The notes under the pieces are model-generated. The model saw nothing but the letters and a program-made list of their open reading frames with translations. It had not been told where the DNA came from and did not search any database. From Octopus vulgaris (Eukaryota), in NCBI GenBank assembly GCA_951406725.2, contig OX597819.1:9114001-9178000 (forward strand): a stretch of DNA of 64,000 bases. The letters run 5' to 3'. Below are positions 13,877-28,800 of the stretch, one piece after another. The number at the start of each line of letters is the position of its first letter. Position 1 is the first letter of the stretch. Both the position numbers and the translations under genes were made by a program.

Positions 13877-16800
13877 CTGTGTTTGTCCCCCTAGCATCGC
13901 TTGACAACCGATGCTGGTGTGTTTACGTCCCCGTCACTTAGCGGTTCGGCAAAAGAGACCGATAGAATAAGTACTTGGCTTACAAAGAATAAGTCCTGGG
14001 GTCAATTTGGTCGACTAAAGATGGTGCTCCAGCATGGCCGCAGTCAAATGACTGAAACAAGTAAAAGAGTAAAGAGAGTCACTTTCACAACCACTACAAT
14101 ACCACTATCATCAACACCACTATTAACACCATCACACATCACACTGCTCCTGTCGCCATTATAACCACCGATACTAATTCATCCTCCTCCCATACTTATC
14201 TTGACCATCATCATCATCATCACTGTCTCTGCTTTCACCACATTCACCATCAAAACTACGATCACCACAATCAGTTTCTTTACACAGTTGAAAATCCATT
14301 ATCCGATACTCATGGGACCCAGATTGCAGCAGATTTTTTATTTTTCTAATTTCGGAGTTCTTTATAAAAAAAAAAAATTGTATCTACAAAACGGAACAGT
14401 CTGAGGATAGAAACCAGGTCTAAACACAATAGCTTATAGACATACTCTGAATGTAGTTCTATATAAATCTTTAATAATTTTTTTTTATACTTAAGACCAT
14501 CAGAAATGTTAAGGTATCAGCCTCTACCAAACGTTGTCATGCTTTGATTAAAAGGTTACAGCACAGATTAGATTAATTAGATAAGTTTCAATTGAAGTTG
14601 ACTCAGGCCATGTCTAATTTAATAGCACCACCTGGAAGAGATACACAGTCAGCTCTGGGGAACCATAGCCCATTTAAGTAGAGGGTTATTGTTTTCAGAG
14701 ACATATCTGAGTATGGGTGGTTTATCTGGTATTTGTTGTGGGTAATCATCTAGGGATCGTTTGAATGCCGTGAAGTCCCTTTCCTCCTTTGTGTGTGTCT
14801 GGCATGATGTTGGAGAGAGCAGGGCCAATTGAGGTGAAATAGTTCCGTCATAGTGTTGTGATACGACACAAACATTTCTGTAGTGGACGGATGGCACAGG
14901 GGCCAAGCTTAGGACGAATTTTAAAGATGGGCAATGTTGATGGAATATTTTCCACATCATACAAATGATATAGAGCTCACAGCAGTGGTGGAGGGAGCAA
15001 AGCCTGAGTTTTTTGAGTTGATCCCAATAGTCAAGGCTTGTCATGTCATCCTCAGCAGTTCATTTTAAGATAGATACACGAGTAAAATTACTAATACAGA
15101 AACAAAAATAAACTTTGGAATCGGCAATGCTACCATAGGTTATGTGGAAACGATGAACGTGTTTTCAAGGGAGATAATCAAAGAACATAATGTAATACTT
15201 CATGTAAAGTAGATATAACAAATGAAAAATCCTTCAAGAATCCATAAAAATTCCCGGATCACTACCAAAATTTCATCATCTATTCTTTGTGTCATTACCA
15301 ACTTTTACTGCAAGTTTCATCAAATACTGTTCATAACTTTTTGAGTTATTTTGTACACAGACAAACAGACGGACAAACCAACGCAGATGAAAACATAACC
15401 TCCTTCCTTGGCGAAGGTAATAAATGTCACTTTTGACAGAATAATCTGAATGCTAAAGAGTTAGTCCTGTACCAAAGATATCTGTAAATGTTACCAAATC
15501 CTGAAACACATGAAATCATAGTTCAAGTAACGTTGATTTGAGGATCAAAACCTGAAATTAGACACTCTTCTGTGCAAGAAAGAAAAGTTTAGCATCATCA
15601 TCATTTAGCGTCCGTTTTCCATGCTAGCATGGGTTGGACGGTTCAACTGGGGTCTGTGAAGCCAGAAGGCTGCATCAGGCCCAGTCTGATCTGGCAGTGT
15701 TTCTACTGCTGGATGCCCTTCCTAACGCCAACCACTCCGTGAGTGTAGTGGGTGCTTTTTACGTGCCACCCGCACAGGTGCCAAACGGAGCTGGCAAACG
15801 GCCACGAACGGATGATGCTTTTACGTGCCACCGGCACGGGGGCCAGGCGAGGCTGGCGACGGACAAACTTCTAGGCAAAAACTTTCTGTTTGCAACATGT
15901 GTGCTTATTTTTTGTTTTATGAAGTAAATTTCTCCAGACTTTTTCACTTCATTTCAAAGCTGAATGGAGTTAGAATTTGGTTGACTTCAGAGACAAGCAA
16001 CAGGGAACATAGATCTAGCAATGTAGAGTATAGGATTTATCAAAGTGGAGTGTCATTAATGATTTGTTTAATACTTTTCTATTTACTTAAGTAGGAAATT
16101 GGCACCCAGAAATCGATATCTTGTAAATATATGTGAAAACTTGATAGCTTTTATGGCTATTAGGAAGGATCAGATTCACAAGAGTGATTACCTGATGCCT
16201 TCTTCGAGTAGGTATTTAGGTATTTAGCTTAAGGAACTGAGACATGTCACATTCTAGCTATGGTTAATCAAACATGGCTGGTGAAATTCTATCACCAGCA
16301 ACCTGTAATCTGCCAAATAGCACTAGTCTAAAACTATATATTTCCTTATACCAGCAACAATACAAACCAAAACACTTAACTGGTCAATAACCAAAGCTAT
16401 CAATATTATCAAAGGGTATGATAAAATACTTGCCCCAAGTAAGTTTCTTGGCTCAATTGGCCGTACTTCATCAAGTAGCATGACTGGTATGGCTGGTCGG
16501 TTTTCCTTGCCGTCACCCTCCATTACAGTATTGACAGGTTTTGGTGAAGAAGAAGACCTAAAAATAGGAATGAGAAAAAAAAAATTAAAATCACAAAAGC
16601 AAAAATCTGCCCAAATCTATTGTGTAGTAGTGACTCAAAGGAGAAATACCCGAGCACAGATTTCTGATTCTACCCTCAGAGTATTTACATTCAATGCTGC
16701 AAACCAATGATACACTATCTATGCCTGCGTCTTATACAAGGTGAGCATCACTTACAGAGAGAGAAAAAAGAAAAGAAAATCTATCAATAGCTAGATGAAT

Positions 16801-19800
16801 TTGGTTAAGAACAAATTATAATGATGACCGCAGGATACAAACTGTCAGGCATTCAGCAAAGGGGCCACCAAACATTTACCCAACCATGACTCGGGCGTCA
16901 ATTCCTTTTAAAACCTTTAAATTCAGATTTTAATTCTGTCATAGGTTTAACCCTTTCGTTACTGCATTTATTTTGAGATGCTCTGTGTTTCTTTCAATTA
17001 ATTTGAAATATAACAAAGAATTTAGTAAAATAACTTAGTTATCATTCAGCTAGTGTTAGGAACATAAATTGTGACTATGGTTTGGTAGAATATTTTAATT
17101 CAAAACTTATGAAAACAAGACATTTGTACTACGGAGCCAATGTTGGTTTCAGCTGGGTTGGTGTTGAAAGGGTTAAGAATTGTTTCTCTATTATATATTA
17201 TATTTTAACCCTTTCTGTTACCATATTTCTGTTGAGATTTTCTGTGTTTCTTTCAATTAATTTGAAATATAACAAAGAATTTGGTAAAATAACTTAGTTA
17301 TCATTAAGCTAGTGTTAGGAGCATATATTGTGACTAAGGTTTGGTGGAAGATTTGAATTCAAAACTTATGAAAACAAGACATTCGTACACAGAGCCGGTT
17401 TCAGCCGGGTTGGTAACGAAAGGGTTAAACAAGCCTGAAAAATATACAAATAATCTATGTGAATGTCAACCAGACTCCTTTTCACAAAGGTAACCAACTA
17501 CCAGTAAAGAACATCTTTCTTATTTAGCAGCTCATTTAGATTGAACTAAGAAAACTTTTGTCGGAAGACTACAGTACAATGGTACAGTTTTGAATTAAAT
17601 AATATTTAGGTCAGAAATATAACTTTAATAACCCATTTCACCCCACTCCCTGTCAACCATGACTTAACCCTTTAGCATTTAAACCGGCCATATCCGGCCA
17701 AAAGTATTTTGCTTGTTTTATGTTCAAACTGGCCAGATCTGGTCTCTCACACCAACCCTACAATATCGTTTTAAAAATGAACAGCTACCTCATCAAAATC
17801 TCATAGCTACAAGATAATGCATGATTAGTTCAAAACAATGTGGATAAAAAAGCATTAATTTTGGCAGAATAATGTGAACACTAAAGGGTTAAAAGATCCA
17901 TCTTCCAAGTCTTGTATAAACACACTTCTCTCATTCACTAGGTTTGGCTCTGGAAAAACAACTCAGATCTAAAGACCTCAGCCAAGTCTCTCTGGGCAAA
18001 GGAAAGGAATTGTCATTATTCAAGAAACTTATAACCACTTTGCATTCAAACACCTCAATAACAATAATCTTTATCTGAGCATCATATTACTGTAATAGGT
18101 ATACATATGCATGAGTATCAAGCTATACACCAAAGATATCTTTTCCATTCTGCAAATGCAACATTGTTATTGACAAAAATATGTAGGAATTAGACTTACA
18201 CAAGATCCAACTTCCGTGGGAAACCTGGAGATGCTGACTTTGAGGAATTGTGAAATAACATCCTCTTTCGGTGAAGTATTGGAGTTGTGTATGCTTTTTG
18301 CTTATGGTTCTGCCTGGAAAAGTAAGAAACCAAATAAGAGATCAAAACACTCGGATTAGCTATATGAAATGAAGATTAACAAAGCAAAATGCAGGAGTGG
18401 CTGTGTGGTAAGTAGCTTGCTAACCAACCACATGGTTCTGGGTTCAGTCTCACTGCGTGGGACTTTGGGCAAGTGCCTTCTACTATAGCCTCGGGCCGAC
18501 CAATGCCTTGTGAGTGGATTTGGTAGACGGAAACTGAAAGAAGCCTGTCGTATATATGTATGTATATATATATATATGTGTGTGTTTGTGTGTTTGTGTT
18601 TGCCTCCCTAGCATTGCTTGACAACCGATGCTGGAGTGTTTACGTCCCCGTCACTTAGCAGTTCGGTAAAAGAGACCGATAGAATAAGTACTGGGCTTAC
18701 AAAGAATAAGTTCCGGGGGTCAATTTGCTCGACTAAAGGCGGTGCTCCAGCATGGCCACAGTCAAATGACTGAAACAAGTAAAAGAGAAGAGAGAGAGCC
18801 TGAAATATCGCACACAAGAAATAACAAATGTAAAAAAATAGACGTTAGCAAGGAATAGAAACATCGATTTCAGAGACAAGCAACAGGGAACACAGATCTA
18901 GCAATAGTAGAGTGTAGGATTTATCAAAGTGGAGTGTGGGAAATAACAATATAAAACATGAAATAGGAATTAACAGCACATAGCATAAAACAAAGGTTTA
19001 AACACACAAAAAACAAGAGCTTAAAAACATGAAATACAAAGATTAACAACATTGAAACAACATGAATCATGAAACAAAAACGTAATTAGCAACATAAAAA
19101 TACATTGTAATACACTTACAGCTGATAGCCAATGTGAACTAACTACAGTATAGTTAAAGATACTTGTGGATATCTATAGAGCAAAGTATATGAAGATATC
19201 AACAGCTCAAACTGATAGCTATGTCTTATAAGTATCAGATAATGACGTCACTATAAGACACTTAATTCTACATATATGAGAGGTCACACACTTCTCTGTA
19301 CCTGTAAAATCCGATGTGGTAAAATACATTTGAATCAACTGCAACTATATCGTAAGGTACTAGCAGTATCGCCTGGCGTTGCTCGGGTTTGTAAGGGAAA
19401 TAACTATATAAGCATTTTTAGAGAGTTATAGCCAAAAAATAGCAAAAAAAATGCATTAAAAATGGAAAAAATATGATGGTAAATTTTTTTAAATCGTTGA
19501 CTCATCGTAGACATTTTTAGAGAGTTACTTCCCTTATATAATAGCGAAAAAAATGCATTAAAATGGAAAAAATGATGGTAAATCTTTTTTTAAATCGTAG
19601 ACTCAACGTAGACGCGCGCTAATACCCAGAAGGGCTCGATATGAATCACGACTATAAGATACCTGCTTTTGGTTAAACTGCACCGCAAAATGTGGGAGTA
19701 GTTAGGAATCTAAATCATAGGAGACAGACACACAACCTCACTTTTATATATAAAGATAACACTGCAACTGTAGAATTGATATGACACTGTAAAATTTCAA

Positions 19801-22800
19801 CTGTATAATTAGGTATAGCACCACAACTGTATAGTTAGGTATAATACTACAATTACAAACTATAACACAGCAACTAAATAGGTGAAATACAATAACTAAC
19901 ATTAGGTACAACACTGTTACATACAACACTAAGTGCATGGCTACTGCTAGCCATTGATTCACTTGTCTGTTGAATTTAATGCAATAGGTTCTTCTGTCAA
20001 GGTCGTGTCATTAAGTTTACTCACATGGTTCAGATGGATTTCGTTGAGGCAAATTTTCTACACCCAGATGCCCTTCTGGCTACCAACCCTCACCTGTTTC
20101 CAGGTAAAGAAATATTTTCCCACAGGTTTTTCATGGAAGACTGGAAACAAATAACATTGCTTCTATGATGGTGATGCTCATTTACAATCATTATACGAGG
20201 TAAAGACAAGGGTACTCTCAAACACACCAGACACACACACACACACACATTCTTTTATTCTTTAGTTTCAATCATCTGACTGCGGTCATGCTGGAGCACC
20301 ACCTTGAAGGGGCTTGAATCACACAACTCGACCCCATTATTCTGTTTCTTTTCCCAAACTGCTAAGTTACGGGGATGTAAACACACCAACACCTGCTGAC
20401 AGTGATGGGGGAGGGGGCAAACAGACACACACAAATACCAAATATACAAATATATATATATAAACGGATTTCTTTCAGTTTCCGTCTACTCAATCCACTC
20501 ACAAGGCTTTGGTTGGCCCAAAGCTATAGTAGAAGACACTTGCCTAAGGTGCCATGCAGTGGGACTAAACCTGGGATTATGTGAGTGGGTTTAGTCCCAC
20601 TTACTACACAGCCATGCCTGCACATGTGTATATTATATACATATATGTGGAGATGCAATGGCCCAGTGGTTAGGGCAGCGAACTCGCGGTCGTAGGATTG
20701 CGGTTTCGATTCCCAGACCGGGCGTTGTGAGTGTTTATTGAGCAAAAACACCTAAAAGCTCCACGAGGCTCCAGCAGGGGGTGGTGATCCCTGCTGTACT
20801 CTTTCTCTCATTCTTTCTTCTGTTGGCCTGCTCGCTTAGCCAGCAGGGTGGCATCATTCGAAAGTTAAAACAATGCGAACGCATTGTGACCAGCGATGTG
20901 TAACAACAACTGATGGTCTGGTCGGTCACGTGATCACGTGATATATATATATATATACTGCATCAGATATAGATACACATACACATGACAGACTTCTTTC
21001 ACGTTTTGTCTACAAAATCCACAAGGCTTTGATCAGCCAATGCTGAAGTGGAAGACACTTGCCCAAAATGCTGCTTGCAGTGAGACCAAAACCAAAATCA
21101 CATGGTTAGGAAGCAAGCTTCTTCACAATACAGCCATCCTGTGATTCATATTTATTATACAAAGCTGTTTGATAACAACAGCAAGCCAACCCAACAAGGG
21201 GGTCTTTATATATATATTTCTTTATTGCCCAGAAGGGGCTAAACATAGAGGGGACAAACAAGGACAGACAGAAGGAGTAAGTCGATTACATCAATCCCAG
21301 TGCGTAACTGGTACTTAATTTATCGACCCCGAAAGGATGAAAGGCAAAGTTGACCTCGGCGGAATTTGAACTCAGAACGTGAGAGCAGACGAAATACCGC
21401 TAAGCATTTCGCCCGGCACGCTAACGTGTCTGCCAGTTCGCCACCTATGGCGGTCTTTATAGTCACTAAAAACAGCAGCTAGATCTCACTCAGATTGCAA
21501 CTTATATTCCTAGAAGTGATGGGACGTATTGGATAATGAAGTATCACTACCTGGAAAAAAGAAATTAGATGCAGATGGCTTTTGATATACTTTTGACCTA
21601 CGATTAAGCAGTGTCAACATAAATTCAATGCAGATAAGGTTTGAAAATTACCGAAAACACTGGTTGTCGACGGGTTCATCAAAAGCACCACAACCACTAG
21701 TATCACCTTCAAAACAGCTTTCTGCAGAATTAGAGTTATCCAGTGGGACTCCATAAGAATCACTTGAAACATCAACATCAAAGGTTTCATCTAAAATTAT
21801 AAACATACCACAGGTAATGAATACAAAGAATAATTAATAATAATAATAATCTTACAGTTCTGTATTTGAGAGATGAGGAATTATGTACATTATTTACGTT
21901 TGACGGATATTTGTCCTCATCTTGTTTGTTAACATTTCGGCTGAAACTCTCCAGCCTTCATCAGGTGTCTTGTGGAAATTTCAAACCTGGGTTCCCATTC
22001 CTAAGGTATTTCTCGAATATTATTATTATTATTATTATTCAGGTCACTGCCTGAAATTGAACTTGGAATCTTGGGGTTAGTAGCCTGCACTCTTGATGAG
22101 GATGGCAATCCCTCAAGTTCGAGGATGATGGTCTTCGCGCAAATTTACTGGTGAGTCCGTAGGTGACCGATAAGACCAATTCTTGCTTGAAAAGATCGAT
22201 CGCAGTGCAGACATCTACTGCCGGAAGGGAGAGTCGCATGTGGTTGTTGTTGGCGCTCCTTCCGTCGTCGTCTTTTCTCCTCCAGCTCTGCAGACCTTTT
22301 CGACTCAAAAGTCGCCGTTCCCTCATGGATGGTGGTTTTCCAGAGTGGTCTGTTTTTTGCCGTTTCCTCCCAGTTTGGTGAAGTCAATGTCACACTTTTT
22401 GAGGTTCATTTTCAGTGAGTCCTTGTAGTGCTCTTAACCACTACACCACTAAGCCTGCGCTCTTAACCACTACACCACGGGCATTTGGTGTAGTAGTTAA
22501 CAGCGCAGGCTACTAACCCCAAGATTCCAAGTTCGATTCCAGGCATTGACTTGAATATTAATAATAATAATATTCGAGAAATACCTTAGGAATGAGAACC
22601 CAGGTTTGAAATTTCCCCCAGGACACCAGATGAAGGCTGGAAAGTATATCAACTGAAACGTTGTGTTAACAAACAAGATGAGACAAATATCCATCAGACG
22701 TAAATTATTATTTTTTTTTGCTACAAGAGACACTGATAAAATAACGGGAAAAATACAGAGGGTTTGTACTTGTACAACAAAAACAATGAGGAAACAAGAT

Positions 22801-25800
22801 TATTTTAACAATGAATAATTCTCCAAGGAGGGGAAACTTCCGAGGTGTGTTCATGGAAACTCCACAAAACCATGGTCACTCTAACCATTAAAGTAAGTGC
22901 CCTCTCCCCATTCTTTTCTCTCCATCTAAATGTGCATGCTCAGAGTAAGTCAGTTCACTTGTACCATCCTTGCCACTCTCACTCACCTTTCAACAAATTT
23001 TTACTGGAATGCAGCACTTCTTTCTTTAGCCTCATTTTCCTTACGTGAAACTTGAAAAAGATGATGAGGGCTGGACCAAAGAGAAAGGTGTTTAATATCA
23101 ACCCTTACAATCTCATCTGCTTCCCAACCCATTTCACTAAGACCACCAGACAGATAAACAATACTTGTCCTGTCCAGTCAAAGGCAAGCAGTAAGCTGAT
23201 TTTTACAACAGATTCTACATCATCATCATCATCATCGTTTAACGTCCGTTTTCCGCGCTAGCACGGGTTGGACGGTTCGACTGGGGTCTGGGAAGCCAGG
23301 GGCTGAACCAGGCTCCAGTCTGATCTTGCAGAGTTTCTACGGCTGGATGCCCTTCCTAACGCCAACCACTCTGCGAGTGTAGTGGGTGCTTTTTACGTGC
23401 CACCTGCACAGGTGCCAGGGGGGGTCCGGCATCGGTCACAATTGGTTGGAGCTTTTAACGTGCCACCGGCACGGAAGCCAGCCAAGGCGGCGCTGGCAAT
23501 GGCCACGTTCGGATAGTGCTTTTTATGTGCCACCGGCACAGGAGCCAGTCGGGGCGGCACTGGCTTCTAATAATTGTGGTCATAAGCCAAAATTAGAATT
23601 CTTTACTAAGTAATACTCAGAATACTCAAATATTGGGGACAATTTTTCCCCGATACTAATGATTCCACCCAGCTACTAGGTGACAAGTAATAGTTTGGAA
23701 ATAATGTACAATCAGAGACAATTACACAATTAGGGCATCACATATTAATAAATGTTGTAATGTGCCGGTGGCACATAAAAAGCACCATCCGAACGTGGCA
23801 GGCTTCCGTGCCGGTGGCACGTTAAAAGCACTAACCGATCATGGCCGATGCCAGACCCCCCTGGCACCTGTGCAGGTGGCACGTAAAAAGCACCCACTAC
23901 ACTCGCGGAGTGGTTGGCATTAGGAAGGGCATCCAGCTGTAGAAACACTGCCAAATCAGACTGGAGCCTGGTGCAGCCTCCTGGCTTCCCAGACCCCGGT
24001 CGAACCGTCCAACCCATGCTAGTGCGGAAAACGGACGTTAAACGATGATGATGATGTATCATCCAGAAAAGAACCTAATACTCTGAATCAGTCTGCCTGG
24101 CTGACAAATTTAATCTACTTTCACTCCATTTGTCCAACTACAAAGTACCAGCAATATATCCACAAATGAATAAATCGTCCCCTACATTAACCACAGATAA
24201 AAGGGGAAATATTAACATGGTAAACAAAGATGTTGTTTAATCCCAGTTTGTTCCTGGTTGAGCAGACCCATGATCAACACATCTTTTTGTATATCAGTCT
24301 CAGATATAGAAAAAGGGGAGAGGATGGTCACAGCTGCAGCAGCGCTTCTGATTACAAGATGAATCACTGTCTTGAACAAGGATTAGGAATTTCTTAGAGT
24401 GATCTAGATTTGATATATCTTTATTTACATTTGTCACTGTCATACAAGTAAATTATATCAAATCTAGCATATAAAAATATCCCCACCACCATTTACATCA
24501 CTGACAATGCTTCATCATCATCATTAGTGATCTACAGATTCACTTCTTGGCTTGAAAGAAGAAAGTTTTACTGTAAAATTGATGACAGTGATTCCTGTAA
24601 TTCCTCACATAGGGAACAATACTGAAGTCTTCAATCTAGTTCTGGCAGAATTCCTCCTCCTTCACAGACTGACTTAAACTCAACGCTACAACTTAGTGAA
24701 ATATTTATCAATATTACAATGCTCCCACTGTTAACAGCCAACCATGTCCATCTCACCTGCACATTGGGTTGTTGAGAGTTCATTAGTCTCAAATACTATT
24801 AATATTGGTTTCAAATTTTGGCACAAGGCCAGTAATTTCGGGAGTGGGGATTAGTCGATTTCACTGACCCCAGTGCTCAACAGGTACTTTATTTTATTGA
24901 CTCCAAAAGGATGAAAGACAAAGTCAACCTCAGTAGAATTTAAACTCAGAACATAGACAGACGGAATACCACTAAGCATTTTGTCTGGCATGCAAACGAT
25001 TCTGCCAGCTTCTTAAATACTATAATTTTAATGACTTGCTATACTAAGATAATTAAATATCAATTGTGTGGCTAAGTTCACTTTGCAACCATTGTGATCC
25101 GGGTTCAATCCCACTGTGTGGCATTTTGGGAAAGTACCTTTTAGTGTAGTTTTACTTCAGCAACACTTTGCATGTGGTATTTAGTACCCAGAAAACAGCT
25201 ACAGAATCAGGGGACAAACAAGGACAGACATAGGTATTAAGTCGATTACATCGTACCTTGTAATATTTAATTCTAAGTTGTATCCTTCTATGTCAATATA
25301 GCACTACTCTTACATTTCAAGTAGTGCTGCAATTGCTGCACATATAGACATCTTAGACTTGCATTTCGCCCGGCGTGCTAACGTTTCTGCCAGCTCGCCG
25401 CCTTGTAGCTAGCTAACATACCATAACCACTGGTCCACTGATGTACTATCAAGAATCCCTGCCTTTACTACAGCTGCTAAAATGGCCTCTGCTGCTCAGA
25501 CTTAACTGGTTTCACACCTTGTCCAAAGGCGGCAAACTGGCAGAATCGTTAGCACGCCTGAAATGCTTAGCGGTCATTTAGTCCTGCCTCTACCTTCCGA
25601 GTTCAAATTCCGCCGTAGGTGAAGCACTTTGCCATTTCATCCTTTCGGGTCGATCTAAATAAGCTAGCATGGGTTGGACGGTTCAACTGGGGTCGATATG
25701 AATCGACTTAATCCGCATCAGTCCCAGTTTGATCCTCTCAGTGTTTCTACTTGTGGCTGTAAAGAAATAGGTTTCACACCTTGTCCTAACCCCAACCAGT

Positions 25801-28800
25801 CCGTGACTTACTCATCTCTCCTCCTCTTACCTTCACTCTTGTAAGTGAAGCACCAACCATTTATGCCCAGTATTTCCTTTCCAGAATATTAGCCCCTTGG
25901 AATCCCCCTTCCTGGTCATGTTTTACTTGCAGTTGTTAACTAGCAACTATTCAAGAGAAAACTTAATCACAAACCAACGAAAGAAAATGGACATTGTTGC
26001 ATAATTATAAAATAATGAAATCAGCAATAAACTTACCATCTGACACAGTATAGTCTACAAGGTTGAGTTCTGGGTTAGTGGCATTCATAGGTGATGTCAC
26101 TGGGCAAGCCACCTTGTAAAGCAGTTTTGAGAATGGATAAGTAAATATTAAGGTGAGCAACATGAAGAGAAAAGCCATAACGGAATTCATTATATGTACA
26201 GCATTGGATACCTACAGGTGAGAAAATGAAAAACTTGTAGAGAACGGAAGATTATTTATCACCTCTCTACACACAGCCCACTTGTACAGGCCCGGACAAG
26301 AATGGGGTCAAAGGGTTTTTAACCAAGAGTAAAATTCAAGTAATAAGAAATTAACAGGTAAATGAAGAACAATAAAAGTGAGAATTAAAAACACTGTAAA
26401 CCCTAGAATGGTGTAGTGATGCTGCTGTGTAAGGTTCAGCGGGCATGCGCAGAATGGGATTACTTCCGGTTGACCACCGGAAGTCTTCCCCATGTGCATG
26501 TGCGGGAAACTGACCCCTAAGCGCGGTTCGCTCACTCACTCTCTCTGGCCTCGGCAGCCCTCGTGAACGGACGCGTACAAGTAGTCTCTGACGACTACAC
26601 ACCAACTTAGCAGCGGACCGCATCGAATCACTTCGACCAACCAACAAGATTCAATGCAACAGATTCGGGTGTAGGTTCCCCTCAGAAATACGTACACCAG
26701 ATCTACATCATCACAAGTAATAAACAACATTTGCTGTCTTTCCCAGATAACCTGACTTCGTCTGTTATATTATATTAAATTGAATGTGACGGGATCGGAT
26801 CGGACACCCCCTCCAGTGATACCGACTCCTGATCCCGTTACAATGGTAAATGCTTAGGCCTGGTTGAACCCTTTCATTATATCTCTAATGGAAAGCATTT
26901 CCTATGTGTGCCTATTAAATTTGAAAACAAAAAAAATATGGACAGATTTAATAACTTTTTCTCATTATAAAGCTGTAACATAATGACAGGTTATTAGGGT
27001 TAGGATAAAAAGATTTAAATGAAACACAATCATTTTAAATGAACTAAGTTTTGGTTGACAGAATCAGAGGTAGATTGGTATCAAAAAAAGCTTAGTAACC
27101 TTAAGCTAATGAAATGATTGCTTCTTCATAGTAAAATATGTATGATTGAAGTGAGCTAAGGTGTGCAGAATTAACAAGTCTTCAACATCATCAGATACCT
27201 CTAGCAAATTCAAACACTCTCAATATGGTTGGTAGTTCAATACCTGATTGAGGTGAAAATAGCTATCAACTGACAATGTTTTCATGCCATGACTTAGCCC
27301 TAAAGCAGAGAGAAAGAGCAACACCCATGGCATTTCCAAAGCCTCCACAAGTGAAAGAAACAAGCCTATTGAATGCCATAGTAGGAAGTCGTACATGAAA
27401 ATATCAAGCTACCTAAAGACTAGAAAGCTGATCCAAGTTCAGGGGTGATATTAATTTGAGATACAAATTAGTTCTGTCAAATTAGTCTGTCAAATTTTTA
27501 CAGGGTTTCTGCCTACCCAATATCACATGGAAATTGGATCAACTAGAGGCCTTGATAAAAGACATTTGCTTAAGGTCCCATGCAAATAGGATCAAATTCA
27601 GAATCATATCACCAAGCAAATCATCCGTTCTCACTCTCCTTCACAAACAAGATGAATAAGAAAATATAGCTCAAAAGATACTATAATAGACACTGCAATC
27701 ATCAGAGCTTTATTTACAATCTTTCCAATCCTAAACTAAAAATAGACAATTAGACAGGCGCAGGAGTGGCTGTGTGGTAAATAGCTTGCTAACCAACCAC
27801 ATGGTTCCGGGTTCAGTCCCACTGCGTGGCATCTTGGGCAAGTGTCTTCTGCTATAGCCTCGGGCCGACCAATGCCTTGTGAGTGGATTTGGTAGACGGA
27901 AACTGAAAGAAGCCTGTCGTATATATGTATATATATATATATATGTGTGTGTATATGTGTGTGTGTGTCTGTGTTTGTCCCCCTAGCATTGCTTGACAAC
28001 CGATGCTGGTGTGTTTACGTCCCCGTCACTTAGCGGTTCGGCAAAAGAGACCGATAGAATAAGAACTGGGCTTACAAAGAATAAGTCCCAGGGTCGATTT
28101 GCTTGACTAAAGGCGGTGCTCCAGCATGGCCACAGTCAAATGACTGAAACAAATAAAAGAGTAAAAGAGTAATTAGAGCAGGATTGATTGTGTTTAATAG
28201 AAACTGAGTACAGGTACGGTTGTGTATTTAAGTTTTCTTTGCAACCACTTGGATCAGGTTTAGTTCCCATTGTCCACCCTTAAGGATAACCTTAGGTTAG
28301 TCTATTGTGAGCAAAATTTGGAAGATGGAAACTATGCAGAAGACCATAGAATGTGCACGAAAAATATATACATCAGTGATAAACTGTGAAATCAATGCAC
28401 TGGGCAAAAAAAAAAAGAACCTTGTGTTATTTATTCAACCCAAGCTGCAGAGAGATTCTCAATATTGAAAATGCAGAAAACCAGTGATTGGAAGCCTGTA
28501 TCCAAATCACACTATTGTTTACAGAAAACAAGATATGTTTCTATAATTCGATGTAAGATAAAATTACACTATAGCATATCTAATTTGTGACACAGAACTT
28601 AGTGACCTTAAGCTAATGAAATGATTGCTTCTTCATAGTAAAATATGTATTATTGAAGTGAGCTAAGGTGTGCAGAATTAACAAGTCTTCAACATCATCA
28701 GATACCTCCAGCAAATTCAAACACTCTCAATATGGTTGGTAGTTCAATACCTGATTGAGGTGAAAATAGCTATCAACTGACAATGTTTTCATGCCATGAC

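Larger units (their letters stand above)
12661..16433 (-). other. GC-AG intron, PKMYT1 intron 15
   Basis: GG|GCAAGT donor directly after PRNLLG; joins in frame to MFD... Confidence 0.75.
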
